A stretch of DNA of 64,000 bases from Fimbriimonadales bacterium (GCA_041744215.1 JBGTLG010000016.1:125922-189921); one strand, 5' to 3'; positions 11,848 through 21,986 are shown, counted from the stretch's first letter. Program-made: numbers and translations. The notes: a model not told the origin generated them from the letters alone.

Positions 11848-13539
11848 ATGCGGACAGCCTCTACGCCGATAGATGAAGTCCTGAGCTCCCAAGGGCCCAT
11901 TTTGGTTCGTGCTCCGACGGGTGTTCAAAAGTCCTGCCAAGGGTGGGTACAGGAGGCCGCGCTCAGGATGTTGCTCAATAACCTCGATCCAGATGTTGCG
12001 GAGCGGCCTCTCGACCTGGTTGTATATGGCGGGATCGGAAAAGCGGTGAGGAATTGGGCTTGTATGAAAGCAACGGTTGACGCGCTCCTCAAGCTGAGCG
12101 ACGAAGAAACTCTGTTGATGCAGAGCGGAAAGCCTGTCGGCGTGTTGCCCTCCCACCGAAACGCCCCTCGAGTCTTGATTGCGAATTCGAATCTTGTCCC
12201 GAAGTGGGCGACTTGGGAGGTTTTCCGAGAACTTGACAAAAAGGGATTGATGATGTTCGGGCAGATGACAGCGGGTTCGTGGATTTACATTGGGAGCCAA
12301 GGAATCTTGCAGGGCACCTACGAAACTTTTGCGTCTCTTGCAAAGCAGCGGTTTGGCGGCTCACTGGCTGGTCGATTGGTGGTGACCGCCGGGCTCGGCG
12401 GGATGGGCGGCGCGCAACCACTTGCTGTGACGATGAATGGCGGTGTTGCCCTTTGTATTGAAATCGATCCCACACGGATCCAGCGTCGGATTGAGACCCG
12501 CTACCTCGATGCGTCTGCTGATAATCTTGATGTTGCGCTCGATATGTGCCGATCAGCCATTTCGGAGCGGCGCGCGTTTAGCGTCGGACTCTGCGCGAAT
12601 GCAGCCGACGTGATTCCGGAACTCGTTGCGCGGGAGGCGACACCTGATGTACTTACCGATCAAACGAGCGCACACGACGTATTGAACGGTTATGTGCCGA
12701 ATGGAATCTCGCTCGAATTCGCGAAGCGTTTAAGGAACGAGGATCCCACGCGATACCTGGAAGAGGCGCATCGATCGATTTGCGAGCACGTCTGTGCGAT
12801 GCTCACGCTTCAGCAGCGAGGCGCGGAGACATTCGATTATGGAAACAACATCCGACAGGTCGCCTTCGACCATGGCGTAGCTGATGCCTTTGACTTTCCG
12901 GGATTCGTGCCTGCGTACATCCGCCCCCTGTTCTGCGAGGGAAAGGGCCCGTTCCGGTGGGCTGCGCTCTCCGGCGATCCGAACGACATCTACGCGATCG
13001 ACGAGTCGATACTTGCGAATTTCGCGGAAGACGAGCCGCTCTGCCGCTGGATTCGAATGGCTCGGGAGAAGATCGCTTTCCAGGGGCTTCCGGCGAGAAT
13101 TTGCTGGCTCGGACTTGGGGACAGAGAGCGATTAGGGCTCATTATCAACGACCTCGTTGCTAGCGGCCGGGTATCCGCGCCGATTGTGATTGGTCGAGAT
13201 CACCTGGACACCGGCTCCGTCGCATCACCGAATCGTGAAACTGAATCCATGCAGGATGGGAGCGATGCCATTAGCGACTGGGTTTTTCTCAATGCGCTTA
13301 TCAACGCAGTAAACGGTGCCTCGTGGGTATCTGTCCATCACGGCGGCGGCGTTGGGATGGGCTTTTCGCAACATGCTGGAATGGTGATTGTCGCGGACGG
13401 CACACCGGAGGCTAAGTCGCGACTGCAACGCGTGCTGCATTCTGATCCAGCCCTGGGGGTGCTGCGGCACGCCGATGCCGGCTACGACCTTGCTGTGAAA
13501 ACAGCAAAAGTCAAGGGCCTGTTGAGGCCCTTGACTTAG
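11848..13539 (+). CDS. hutU: Urocanate hydratase
   Basis: [66 protein letters not shown]; start moved to ATG 11848. Confidence 0.98.
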   Translation: MRTASTPIDEVLSSQGPILVRAPTGVQKSCQGWVQEAALRMLLNNLDPDVAERPLDLVVYGGIGKAVRNWACMKATVDALLKLSDEETLLMQSGKPVGVLPSHRNAPRVLIANSNLVPKWATWEVFRELDKKGLMMFGQMTAGSWIYIGSQGILQGTYETFASLAKQRFGGSLAGRLVVTAGLGGMGGAQPLAVTMNGGVALCIEIDPTRIQRRIETRYLDASADNLDVALDMCRSAISERRAFSVGLCANAADVIPELVAREATPDVLTDQTSAHDVLNGYVPNGISLEFAKRLRNEDPTRYLEEAHRSICEHVCAMLTLQQRGAETFDYGNNIRQVAFDHGVADAFDFPGFVPAYIRPLFCEGKGPFRWAALSGDPNDIYAIDESILANFAEDEPLCRWIRMAREKIAFQGLPARICWLGLGDRERLGLIINDLVASGRVSAPIVIGRDHLDTGSVASPNRETESMQDGSDAISDWVFLNALINAVNGASWVSVHHGGGVGMGFSQHAGMVIVADGTPEAKSRLQRVLHSDPALGVLRHADAGYDLAVKTAKVKGLLRPLT

Positions 13540-13949
13540 CGCTTCAGATAGATCATCGCGGCGTCAGGGAAACATTCCTTCCCGTCTTCCTGCACTACCC
13601 AGGCGACAATGTAATAGTAGCCGATGGATAGCGTGTTGAGGCCGGTGACAACGCCTTGCAAGGGCGTTTTGTCGTCCATCTCGCCACGAACGCTCGAAGG
13701 CATCGGCCCTCCAGACAGTCCCGAGTATGGGCGTACCTCAACTCGGATGCGCTGTTTGCCGGCGAGCTTTCCAGATTTTTTGGAAATCGTGAAAGGCACC
13801 GCTTCGTGACGAGTGTATTCGTTTCCTTGAACGACCACCGTGATTGGCACGAACTGCTCAGTCGGCTGATCTTTCTCACGTACAGCCGTCTTCATTTTCT
13901 TCGCACCTACTTTAGAAACCTCAGGCGCCGTCTTGGTGGGACGGCCCAC
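13536..13949 (-). CDS. Hypothetical protein: basic N-terminal tail plus a ~100-aa beta-rich domain
   Basis: GTG start 8 nt after the H1-like gene stop, with GGGGAG SD; 4-nt convergent overlap with hutU. Confidence 0.7.
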   Translation of the reverse strand: MGRPTKTAPEVSKVGAKKMKTAVREKDQPTEQFVPITVVVQGNEYTRHEAVPFTISKKSGKLAGKQRIRVEVRPYSGLSGGPMPSSVRGEMDDKTPLQGVVTGLNTLSIGYYYIVAWVVQEDGKECFPDAAMIYLKR

Positions 13950-13957
13950 GACTTCGA

Positions 13958-14611
13958 CTACTCCCCCATGGGAGCTGCGTTCGATGCGGGCGCTGCCGCC
14001 TTTTTGCGCCGACCGCCGGCTCTCTTCCTTGGCGCGGCTGCTTTCCGCGCTGTCGCGCGTTTCACCGCGGGTTTTCTCCCCGCTGTTCGCTTCGCGCCCG
14101 CCTTTTTTGCCGCTGGCTTGCGCGTTGTGCGCTTAGCTGCGGCTTTTCGCGTCGTTGCTCGCTTGGCAGTCTTCTTTCTGGCAGTCCGCTTTGCAGTTGT
14201 CTTACGGGCCGTCGTTTTCCTTGCGCCAGTCTTCTTGGCAGTTCGCTTAGCTGTCTTCTTTCTGGCGGTTCGCTTTGCAGTTGTCTTACGGGCCGTCGTC
14301 TTCCTTGCGCCAGCCTTCTTAGCCGTTCGCTTAGCTGTCTTCTTTCTGGCGGTCCGCTTTGCAGTTGTCTTACGGGCCGTCGTTTTCCTTGCGCCAGTCT
14401 TCTTGGCAGTTCGCTTCGCGCCGGCCTTTCTTGTCGTTCGCTTCGCGGTTGTCTTTCTGGCTGTCGCTTTCTTGGCGCCAGCTTTTCGAGTTGTTCGCTT
14501 AGCTGTTGTCTTTTTTGCTGCAGCTCTTGGAGCCGCCGCTTTTCGAGTTCGTTTCCGAGTCGTCTTGGCCTTTTTGGCTGCCGACGTTTTTCGGGTTGAT
14601 GCTTTTCGCAT
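13958..14611 (-). CDS. Histone H1-like basic (K/R/A/T-rich) repeat protein, probable nucleoid-condensing protein
   Basis: 217 aa, almost all K, R, A, T, G, P; one acidic residue (C-terminal E); GGAGG SD before ATG. Confidence 0.85.
   Translation of the reverse strand: MRKASTRKTSAAKKAKTTRKRTRKAAAPRAAAKKTTAKRTTRKAGAKKATARKTTAKRTTRKAGAKRTAKKTGARKTTARKTTAKRTARKKTAKRTAKKAGARKTTARKTTAKRTARKKTAKRTAKKTGARKTTARKTTAKRTARKKTAKRATTRKAAAKRTTRKPAAKKAGAKRTAGRKPAVKRATARKAAAPRKRAGGRRKKAAAPASNAAPMGE
14168..14419 (-). repeat. Three tandem ~84-bp coding repeats (28 aa: AKRTAKK[T/A]GARKTTARKTTAKRTARKKT)
   Basis: Near-identical units that differ mostly at synonymous positions. Confidence 0.9.
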
Positions 14612-14666
14612 TTGCTACCTCCGCTTAGTGGGCATTGGGTCCGGCCATATGACCGCCCAATTCCCT

Positions 14667-14694
14667 GACGAGTGAAATCTCATCTTTGATTCCA
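14667..14694 (-). promoter_or_regulatory. Candidate ECF-sigma promoter of the H1-like gene
   Basis: Minus strand TGGAATC-N17-CGTC, ~55 nt upstream of the start, followed by a hairpin and SD. Confidence 0.5.
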
Positions 14695-15275
14695 CTTCTA
14701 TCATGTTTTTGATAATCGGCTTTTTGCACGATCTCTCCAATTGTGACGCTAAACGATGCAGTGTTGTCGCACAAACGAGGGTCCGAGGCAGCGCGAACGC
14801 CTGCTAAATCCAGTTTACGAGCTAGATGCGCAAACTCCAAGATACGCGTTTTGTTTTATGAACAAACGTGAACGAAGATCCACTCACTACAGCAACTTCG
14901 GTCTGTTTGCTAACTCATCATTACATCTCGTATACAAGTCAGTACACTCGTTTGCATGCTAGATCGATGCTACTTACAACCAAGCGTCGCCTCACACGAA
15001 TTGCGCTCCACTGACACTCCACGGGTTTGCTCACGCGAGGTTCACGATCAATCGAAGATGATGAGTTTCGATTTCCTGTACTGAAAAACTACTACAACCC
15101 GCGAAGCAAACGTATACAGTACTAAAAAGTGACCTGCCCAGCGACACTCTGGAAAAGCCTGGTCGCCTCCCGAGCCACCCAGAAACCAAAAAGAAACCGC
15201 CGAACGGAAAACCCGGTCGACGGAGAAAAAGCAAGATTGCCTTCCGATAATTTATCCGAATCTTAGGAAAACGCC

Positions 15276-15295
15276 AACTAGTATTAATACCAGTT
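15276..15295. promoter_or_regulatory. Palindromic candidate operator upstream of hutI
   Basis: AACTAGTATTAATACCAGTT is 18/20 self-complementary and lies 27 nt before the hutI ATG. Confidence 0.45.
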
Positions 15296-15322
15296 CTTGA
15301 TCCTGACGGCCACGGTGCCAGA

Positions 15323-16549
15323 ATGGACCCGGTGAATTCCTTCGTACTCGCCCCGATCGGTGAACTCCATCTGCCGCCAGACGCGCACCCAACAAAAGGG
15401 GCTTTGATGCGCCAGACGAGTCGGCTCGCAAAGGCAGGCGTTGTTGTGGAAGGGGGCATCGTCAGCTTCGTCGGCAGCGCGGCAGGCGCGATCAGTCACG
15501 CTCCACGCTTGGATCGGATTGACCTCGGCAAGTTCCTCGTGACCCCGGGCCTTATTGACTGTCACACACACCTCTCGTGGGCGGGCAATCGGGCAGATGA
15601 GTTCGTACGGAGGAGCCTCGGCGAAACCTACGAGCAAATCGCGGCGGCAGGCGGAGGGATCCTGGCTTCTGCGAGGGCGATGGAAGCAATCGCGATCGAG
15701 GAGTTGACCGCTTCGATCGTCGCTCGTTGCGACTTACTGGCTGATCTGGGCACTACGACGATCGAATCAAAGTGCAGTTATGGCCTTACGCCTGAGGCCT
15801 CGCTCAAAGAACTCCGAGCAATTCAAGATGCAGCGGCGCAGGCGGATCAGACAGTCGTAACCACTTACATGGGAGCACATGCGATTCCCTCGGGCGAGAC
15901 TCGCGAGCAGTTCATAAAGACGCTACTCGAAACTATGATTCCAGCCGCATCCAAGACGTCAAGATTCAACGATGTCTTTTGTGAAGAGGGAGCGTTCGAC
16001 GTTGAGGAATCGCGCACGATCTTGGAAGCTGGCATTCGACACGGAATGCGGCCGAAGATCCATTCGGATGAGTTCAACGCCCTGGGTGGCACTGAAATGG
16101 CAGTCTCGCTCGGTGCTGTGAGTTGCGATCATCTGCTTCAAGTTACAGAGAGCGGTATCAGGGCATTGGCGTCGGGAAACTCCGTTGCCGTAACATTGCC
16201 AGGTACTGCGCTTTACCTTGACAAACAGTACGCGGATGCGAGGAGGCTTATAGATTCGGGTTGCGCGGTCGCTCTTGGCAGCGATTTCAATCCGGGATCT
16301 TGTCAAATCCCATCAATGGCATTTGCAATGGGACTCGCGGTTTCCAAGATGGGGATGACGCCAGAGGAGGCACTAACCGCGGCGACGGTGAACGCAGCTG
16401 CCGCTATTGATGAGCCATCCGGTACTCTCTCAATCGGAGAACGCGCAGACATCTGCGTTTGGCCGTGTTCTCATCTAGAAGAGATGATTTACGAGTTTGC
16501 ATTCATACGTCCGCAGATGGTGTTTGTCGCGGGAGAACGGGTTGTTTGA
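15323..16549 (+). CDS. hutI: Imidazolonepropionase
   Basis: PGLIDCHTHL..AG.RA.EF, G..Y..IA.AGGGI, DVFCEEGAF, KIHSDEF, DHL, SDFNPGS. Confidence 0.96.
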   Translation: MDPVNSFVLAPIGELHLPPDAHPTKGALMRQTSRLAKAGVVVEGGIVSFVGSAAGAISHAPRLDRIDLGKFLVTPGLIDCHTHLSWAGNRADEFVRRSLGETYEQIAAAGGGILASARAMEAIAIEELTASIVARCDLLADLGTTTIESKCSYGLTPEASLKELRAIQDAAAQADQTVVTTYMGAHAIPSGETREQFIKTLLETMIPAASKTSRFNDVFCEEGAFDVEESRTILEAGIRHGMRPKIHSDEFNALGGTEMAVSLGAVSCDHLLQVTESGIRALASGNSVAVTLPGTALYLDKQYADARRLIDSGCAVALGSDFNPGSCQIPSMAFAMGLAVSKMGMTPEEALTAATVNAAAAIDEPSGTLSIGERADICVWPCSHLEEMIYEFAFIRPQMVFVAGERVV

Positions 16550-17699
16550 CCGCGTGATTTGCATCGTCCTCGATGGGTGCGGCGCGGGACCAGCCCCGGA
16601 CGCAGCAGACTTTGGCGACGTAGGTGACAACGAGGGCAATACGCTATACAACACCTGGAATGCGGTTGGGGGCATCGAAGCACCGTTGTTGTGGAGGATG
16701 GGTTTCTTCGCCGCTGGGGGGATATCTCCGGAAGGGAGACCCCCGATAGAGGCGAGATGGGGCCGACTCCAAGAACTGAGCATCGGGAAGGACACGATGA
16801 CAGGACACTGGGAGATGATGGGCATTCATGTGGAACATCCATTGCCGACTTACCCCAACGGATTTCCGATACCAGTCATTAAAGAGTTTGAGCAGGGGAT
16901 TGGCAGGCAGACGATAGGCAATGTTTCGGAGAGTGGCACAGAAATCATCGCACGGCTGGGCGCGATGCATATGGAATCGGGTTGTCCTATCGTCTACACG
17001 AGCGCCGACAGCGTGTTTCAGATTGCCTCTCACGAGGAGATCATCCCGATCGAAGAACAGTATGAGATATGCCAGGTCGCCCGGAGCATTCTCGTCGAAC
17101 CGCACGATGTCGGTCGGGTGATCGCGCGTCCATTCGTGGGCAGCCCCGAGCTCGGCTTCACTCGGACCGAGAACCGCAAGGATTTTCCTCTTGCGCCGCC
17201 GCGAAACCTTGTTGATGAAATCGCTGATGTATACAGCCCTGTATTCGGTATCGGCGTAGTGTCAGAAGTTTTTGCAGGACGCGGGTTTCGCGACGTACCT
17301 CGAACGCAGTCGAATTCCGAGCACTATAAAATGCTGCTCGAAGCGCTCAATTCTGAAGAAAAGTTTTTTTTCGCAAATTTCGAAGATTTCGACATGCTTT
17401 ATGGGCATCGCAATGATCCGGAAGGCTTTGCGAGGTGTCTCGAAGAGTTCGACGGGTACCTTGCGGGGATCATTGCGCGACTCCGAGAGGCGGATTTATT
17501 GATCTTGACCGCAGACCACGGTAACGATCCGACTACCCCAAGCACGGATCACTCGCGTGAGTATGTGCCGGTTAGCGTTTGGCACCTCGGATTGGAGTCC
17601 GGCCGCGCGCTTGGTGACAACGCGGGATTATGGTGCGTCGGTGCGACGGTAGCGAAGGCGCTTGGCATCCCGTTTGACAAGGGCGTACCGCTGATCTAA
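16542..17699 (+). CDS. deoB: Phosphopentomutase
   Basis: R...IVLDGCG.G..PDA..FGD, GKDT.TGHWE, YTSADSVFQIA.HE, DFD..YGHR.D, TADHGNDPT...TDHSREYVP; TTG start overlapping the hutI end. Confidence 0.96.
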   Translation: MFDRVICIVLDGCGAGPAPDAADFGDVGDNEGNTLYNTWNAVGGIEAPLLWRMGFFAAGGISPEGRPPIEARWGRLQELSIGKDTMTGHWEMMGIHVEHPLPTYPNGFPIPVIKEFEQGIGRQTIGNVSESGTEIIARLGAMHMESGCPIVYTSADSVFQIASHEEIIPIEEQYEICQVARSILVEPHDVGRVIARPFVGSPELGFTRTENRKDFPLAPPRNLVDEIADVYSPVFGIGVVSEVFAGRGFRDVPRTQSNSEHYKMLLEALNSEEKFFFANFEDFDMLYGHRNDPEGFARCLEEFDGYLAGIIARLREADLLILTADHGNDPTTPSTDHSREYVPVSVWHLGLESGRALGDNAGLWCVGATVAKALGIPFDKGVPLI

Positions 17700-17752
17700 C
17701 CCAGCAATGATATCGGCCCGTATTCTTCCCTGACGTGGAATGAAACCGGAGC

Positions 17753-19141
17753 ATGAAGAATCGGCTGAGCCAATCGCAGAGAGTCGACCAGCGCACAAGT
17801 TTGCGTGTCGATCCAAAGCTCGTGGTGGCCAGCCGTGTACTTGAGCTCCAGCAATTTGAGCTTGAGCAGCTCGTAGAACAAGAGCTGAATGACAACCCGG
17901 CGCTTGAACGGCTCGAAGAAGAGCCGGATGAACTCGATGAGCGCAAACTCGTAAGAGAACTCGCACGTCGACCCGAACGCCCGGAAACAGAGGAGCCGGA
18001 ACACTACTCCGCCAGGGAGTACGGTTCCGACGACGACGTCGACTGGATCGACTACCTGGCGGCTCCGGTTTCATTGCGTGATCATCTGTTGGCGCAGCTT
18101 CTTCCGACAGTCCCAAAAGAGCTTTGTGGCTTGGTCCACGAGGTGGTCGACTGCGTGAACAACGACGGCTATCTCGACCTACCGATCGAAGAGATCGCGC
18201 TGTTAACCGGTGCAAAGCTCGAGGAAGTCGAAGACGTTATCGAAAAGTTACAGGCTTGTGACCCAGTTGGAGTCGGCGCCCATAACCTACAAGAATGCCT
18301 CGAACTACAACTGCGCGAACAGGAAGACGACGTTGCGCGACTTGCTTACTCGATTGTCCGCCATCATTGGGAGGACTTGATTGCAAGGCGCACAAATTCG
18401 ATCACCAGAAGATATAGGGTTCACCCATCACTTGTCGACGAAGCGTTTGAAAGGATCACAACACTCACTCCACACCCAGGCGAAGCATTTCTTGCTACCT
18501 CGCCATCGTACCGCTTTGAAGAATCTACGTCGGTCGCTCCAGATCTGATCTTCCGTCGCGATGACAGCGGGCTCTATTTCGAAATTCGCGGCTGCGATCC
18601 AGGCGCCCTTGCCGTGGACGAGTGGTATCGGAAGCGGCACGAAGCAATGCGAAAGGAACTTACTCGCGCCTCCGAGGATGAGAAGAAGCACGTGGGGGAG
18701 TTTGTTGGGCGAGCCACGCGCTTGATTCACGCGCTCCGGCAGCGCAGGGCTACGCTCCGAAAGATTGCTATGTTCCTGCTCGATGAACAGGCTGGCTTCA
18801 TCGCTACAGGTTCGTATCGATTCTTGCAGTCGCTTACCCGAGTCGCTCTTGCACGCGGAGTTGGACTGCATGAGAGCACCGTCAGCAGGGCAACGATGAA
18901 CAAGTTCGTCCAACTTCCGAATGGGGAAGTAGTCTCGTTTGAAGTTTTCTTCAAGCCCCAGTTGCGCGTTCAAAAGTTGATCGAAGAGATTCTTCAGTCA
19001 GAGAATCCGTCGGCGCCACTCTCGGACCGGGCGATCGCAGAGATGCTAAGGGAACGGGGCGTCGACATCGCTCGCCGTACTGTAAACAAGTACCGAGAGC
19101 AGATTCGTCTGCTAAGCAGCCACCAGCGCCGGACGGCGTAG
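17753..19141 (+). CDS. rpoN: RNA polymerase sigma-54 factor
   Basis: ELxDNP.LE, DP.GVGA..L.ECL..QL, LHESTVSRA..NK, PLSD..IA..L...G..IARRTVNKYRE (RpoN box). Confidence 0.96.
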   Translation: MKNRLSQSQRVDQRTSLRVDPKLVVASRVLELQQFELEQLVEQELNDNPALERLEEEPDELDERKLVRELARRPERPETEEPEHYSAREYGSDDDVDWIDYLAAPVSLRDHLLAQLLPTVPKELCGLVHEVVDCVNNDGYLDLPIEEIALLTGAKLEEVEDVIEKLQACDPVGVGAHNLQECLELQLREQEDDVARLAYSIVRHHWEDLIARRTNSITRRYRVHPSLVDEAFERITTLTPHPGEAFLATSPSYRFEESTSVAPDLIFRRDDSGLYFEIRGCDPGALAVDEWYRKRHEAMRKELTRASEDEKKHVGEFVGRATRLIHALRQRRATLRKIAMFLLDEQAGFIATGSYRFLQSLTRVALARGVGLHESTVSRATMNKFVQLPNGEVVSFEVFFKPQLRVQKLIEEILQSENPSAPLSDRAIAEMLRERGVDIARRTVNKYREQIRLLSSHQRRTA

Positions 19142-19174
19142 GGATTCCCGGGAGGTACAATCTTTCCCTCCCCA

Positions 19175-20233
19175 ATGCTGCAAAAACTTCGCGACATCGA
19201 GGAGCGCTACGAACAGGTTCAGCGCGACCTCCAAGATCAGTCGATAACGGCGGACATTAAGAAGCTCGAATCCCTCGGACGGCAAAATTCCGAGCTGGAG
19301 CCGTATGTCGTTGCGATCAGGAGGCACCGTAAGTTATCGGAGGACTTGTCCCAGGCAGAGGCGCTTTTAGGGGATTCCGAGATGAAGGAGTTGGCGCAGG
19401 CCGAGATTCCGGGGCTAAAAGAAGAGATGGAGCGGATCGAAGAGCAACTGCGAGTGATGCTCCTGCCGAAGGACCCCAACGACGACAAAGACGTGATGAT
19501 CGAGGTGCAACAGGGCGCGGGGGGCGAGGAGGCAGCGCTCTTTGCTGCGGATCTCTTTAGGATGTACATCCGGTATGCAGAGCGAAAGGGCTGGAAGTAC
19601 GAGATTCTGAACTTAGAGGAGACAGGCATCGGCGGGATCAGCAGTGCGGAATTCATGATTCGCGGCCAGGGCGCTTTCAGCAAACTGAAGCATGAGAGCG
19701 GTGTTCACCGCGTTCAGCGCGTCCCAAAGACGGAATCAAGCGGTCGCGTTCATACGAGCGCAGCTTCAGTTGTCGTGCTTCCGGAGGCAGAGGGTATTGA
19801 TATCGAAGTGCGCTCAGATGACCTAGAGATCGACACTTTTCGTTCGTCCGGCGCGGGTGGACAACACGTCAACAAGACCGAGTCCGCTGTACGTATCAAG
19901 CATAAGCCGTCCGGCATTGTCGTCGCCTGCCAAGACGAAAGGAGCCAGGTTCAAAATCGTGAGCGTGCTATGGGGATGCTCCGAACGAAGCTGTACGACC
20001 ACATGCTGCAAGAGCAGGTTGCGAAGCAAAGCGCACATCGAAAGGCAAGCGTCGGATCCGGTGACAGAAGTGAGAAGATTCGAACTTACAACTTTCCTCA
20101 AAGTCGGATAACCGACCATCGTATCGGCCTGAACGTGCACAACCTGAAGGAAGCGCTTGACGGAGACATCGAAGAGATTCTGGAAGCGCTAAGCCAACAC
20201 GAGCAAGCCAAGAAACTTGCAGAGGCTGTCTAG
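19175..20233 (+). CDS. prfA: Peptide chain release factor 1
   Basis: [12 protein letters not shown] (PxT of RF1), [17 protein letters not shown] (GGQ), [15 protein letters not shown]. Confidence 0.98.
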   Translation: MLQKLRDIEERYEQVQRDLQDQSITADIKKLESLGRQNSELEPYVVAIRRHRKLSEDLSQAEALLGDSEMKELAQAEIPGLKEEMERIEEQLRVMLLPKDPNDDKDVMIEVQQGAGGEEAALFAADLFRMYIRYAERKGWKYEILNLEETGIGGISSAEFMIRGQGAFSKLKHESGVHRVQRVPKTESSGRVHTSAASVVVLPEAEGIDIEVRSDDLEIDTFRSSGAGGQHVNKTESAVRIKHKPSGIVVACQDERSQVQNRERAMGMLRTKLYDHMLQEQVAKQSAHRKASVGSGDRSEKIRTYNFPQSRITDHRIGLNVHNLKEALDGDIEEILEALSQHEQAKKLAEAV

Positions 20234-21678
20234 CCGCGAAGCAGCTGCAGCACCGATTGCGGCAACTGATTTGCCTGCGCAAGAACTGCCATTCCGCTCT
20301 GCTGAAGGATCTGGTACTTCGTGAGTTGTGTGATTTCTTCGGCTACATCTGCGTCGCGGATTTGGCTTGTGGTTGCGGTGAGATTTTCTCGCGCGACTGC
20401 TAGTGAGCGGACGTTGCTCTCCAAGAAGTCCTTTTGGAATGATCCGATTTCTCCTCGTGTGCGAGAAAGCTGAGCGATTGCATCATCGATTATCCGAATC
20501 GCATTATTGGCCCCTTGCACTGTAGTCACGTCTATTGTTGCGATGGATTCGCCACCGACTGCGCTCGTACCCAAAGCCGAGGAGAACATGCTCGGGATGC
20601 TCATCTGTGTCGCCTGATAAGCGCTTGGCCCGAATTGGATTTGCACCCCACCGGCTGTCAGCACGCCAACTTGCGTCGCACCGGACATATTCAGGTTGCC
20701 GTCCTCCGTCATCATCACAGCATTGCCGAACAAATCTGTCAATCGAAGACCGCTATCGGTCGCGCCCCTCCCCCCGCTAAACTGCACTGTTTCAACTCCA
20801 ACTGTTGTTGTTACACTGACATCTGCAATCGCGTTTGTTCCTGTGCTGCTTGAAGAAAATAAAGTGTGCAGTAGGTTGTTAGTATCGAACAACTGTATTG
20901 AGTGATTTGCGCCAAAGTTGGTTTGAACAAGCGTAACGCTGACAGGTCCTCCGCCTGTGATCATCGCGGTAACCCCATGGGAATTCGAGGATTGATTGAT
21001 GCGCGAGACGAAATCTTGCAGTGAAGAGGTTCCGTCACTTAGAAACGTCACGCCGTTGATTGTGACCGAGCCAGTGGGCAAAAGGGCGCTGCCATTCGCA
21101 TACGATTGCGCGCCAGCGATCGTCGCCCGAGTTGCTTGGGTCGTGAGGTCTACAGTGATTGCGCCGCTGACTATGGGGCTATTGTTGAAGGTTCCGCCAA
21201 AGTAGGCGCTTGCGACGTATTGGGGTGCGGTCACGCTCGCCTGCGCGCCAGCTGTGCCGTCAAGGAGCTTCTTTGTTCCAAACTGAGTATGGCTAGCGAT
21301 GCGGTCAATTGAGGAGATAGTAGATCGGATTTGGTTTTGATTTGCAGTAAGGACATTGATGTCGACTACACCAACGTTCGCCGAGTGAACAGCAAGCGCA
21401 CGCATCCCTTTCAACAGATCTTGAATCTCCTGGAGGGCTCCCTCGGCAGTCTTCGACATATTGATCGCATCCTGCGAGTTCCGAACTGCCTGATCTATGC
21501 TGTACGTTTGCGATCGAAGGTTTTCGCTAATGACTATGCCAGCTGGGTCGTGGTCGGCCGTACTAATGCGGAGGCCGGTGCTAAGCCGATTTATCGGCTT
21601 GCCGAGTTCCTCAGTAGTAGCGTTTAGGTTCCTTAGAGCGCGTATTGCCGCGAGGTTTGTGTTGATTCGCATGCTCAT
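20230..21678 (-). CDS. fliC: Flagellin
   Basis: MRINTN...RLSTGLRI..., A.RNSQDA..M..TAEGAL.E; C-terminal ENL....S.IRDAD.A.E...LT..QILQQSG..VLAQAN..PQ.VL.LL. Confidence 0.93.
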   Translation of the reverse strand: MSMRINTNLAAIRALRNLNATTEELGKPINRLSTGLRISTADHDPAGIVISENLRSQTYSIDQAVRNSQDAINMSKTAEGALQEIQDLLKGMRALAVHSANVGVVDINVLTANQNQIRSTISSIDRIASHTQFGTKKLLDGTAGAQASVTAPQYVASAYFGGTFNNSPIVSGAITVDLTTQATRATIAGAQSYANGSALLPTGSVTINGVTFLSDGTSSLQDFVSRINQSSNSHGVTAMITGGGPVSVTLVQTNFGANHSIQLFDTNNLLHTLFSSSSTGTNAIADVSVTTTVGVETVQFSGGRGATDSGLRLTDLFGNAVMMTEDGNLNMSGATQVGVLTAGGVQIQFGPSAYQATQMSIPSMFSSALGTSAVGGESIATIDVTTVQGANNAIRIIDDAIAQLSRTRGEIGSFQKDFLESNVRSLAVARENLTATTSQIRDADVAEEITQLTKYQILQQSGMAVLAQANQLPQSVLQLLRG

Positions 21679-21715
21679 CGATGTAGCCTTGGATGCCGCG
21701 GTTGCCCGATTGTCG

Positions 21716-21723
21716 TTATCGGC
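21716..21723 (-). promoter_or_regulatory. sigma28 (FliA)-type -10 element
   Basis: GCCGATAA on the minus strand 37 nt upstream of the flagellin start; no canonical TAAA -35 box. Confidence 0.6.
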
Positions 21724-21767
21724 CACTTCCGATTTTTCAGCAGGGCGGTCCTAGACCCTCCTTCCAA

Positions 21768-21986
21768 TTAGCGAGAACTCGCGACAGCGGTCGACTTCGA
21801 TGGCCGAGCAAGCATGATCAGTTGCACGAGGGCGGAAACGTCGACGAGGATGTTGACGACGCTCGATAGTGCGGTCCCGGCGCCGAAGAGAGTAGCAACG
21901 AGGTCAAACTTCGCTGCACCAAAGAGGCCCCAGTTGAGGCCGCCGACGATCAGCAAGACTCTTGCGAGTGTGTCTAACATTTTCAT
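21768..21986 (-). CDS. DUF378 family small membrane protein
   Basis: LLIVGGLNWGL.G...FDLVA.LFG signature; AAGGAG SD. Confidence 0.9.
   Translation of the reverse strand: MKMLDTLARVLLIVGGLNWGLFGAAKFDLVATLFGAGTALSSVVNILVDVSALVQLIMLARPSKSTAVASSR

Noticed and set aside
14100..14480. Repeats considered as a CRISPR array
   Set aside because: The units are contiguous in-frame coding repeats with no unique spacers, and no cas genes are present.
13656..14675. 339-aa plus-strand ORF rich in F/L/A/V/R that looks like a repeat membrane protein
   Set aside because: It is the antisense shadow of the K/R/A/T repeat gene. The minus-strand gene has the SD and the synonymous-site variation pattern.
14760..15260. 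Possible SRP RNA, RNase P RNA, tmRNA or riboswitch in the long intergenic region
   Set aside because: I could not find their conserved sequence cores by eye; an Rfam scan is needed to exclude them.
15031..15459. Minus-strand 142-aa ORF in the long intergenic region
   Set aside because: It overlaps the hutI start, has atypical composition and no motif; not supported as a gene.
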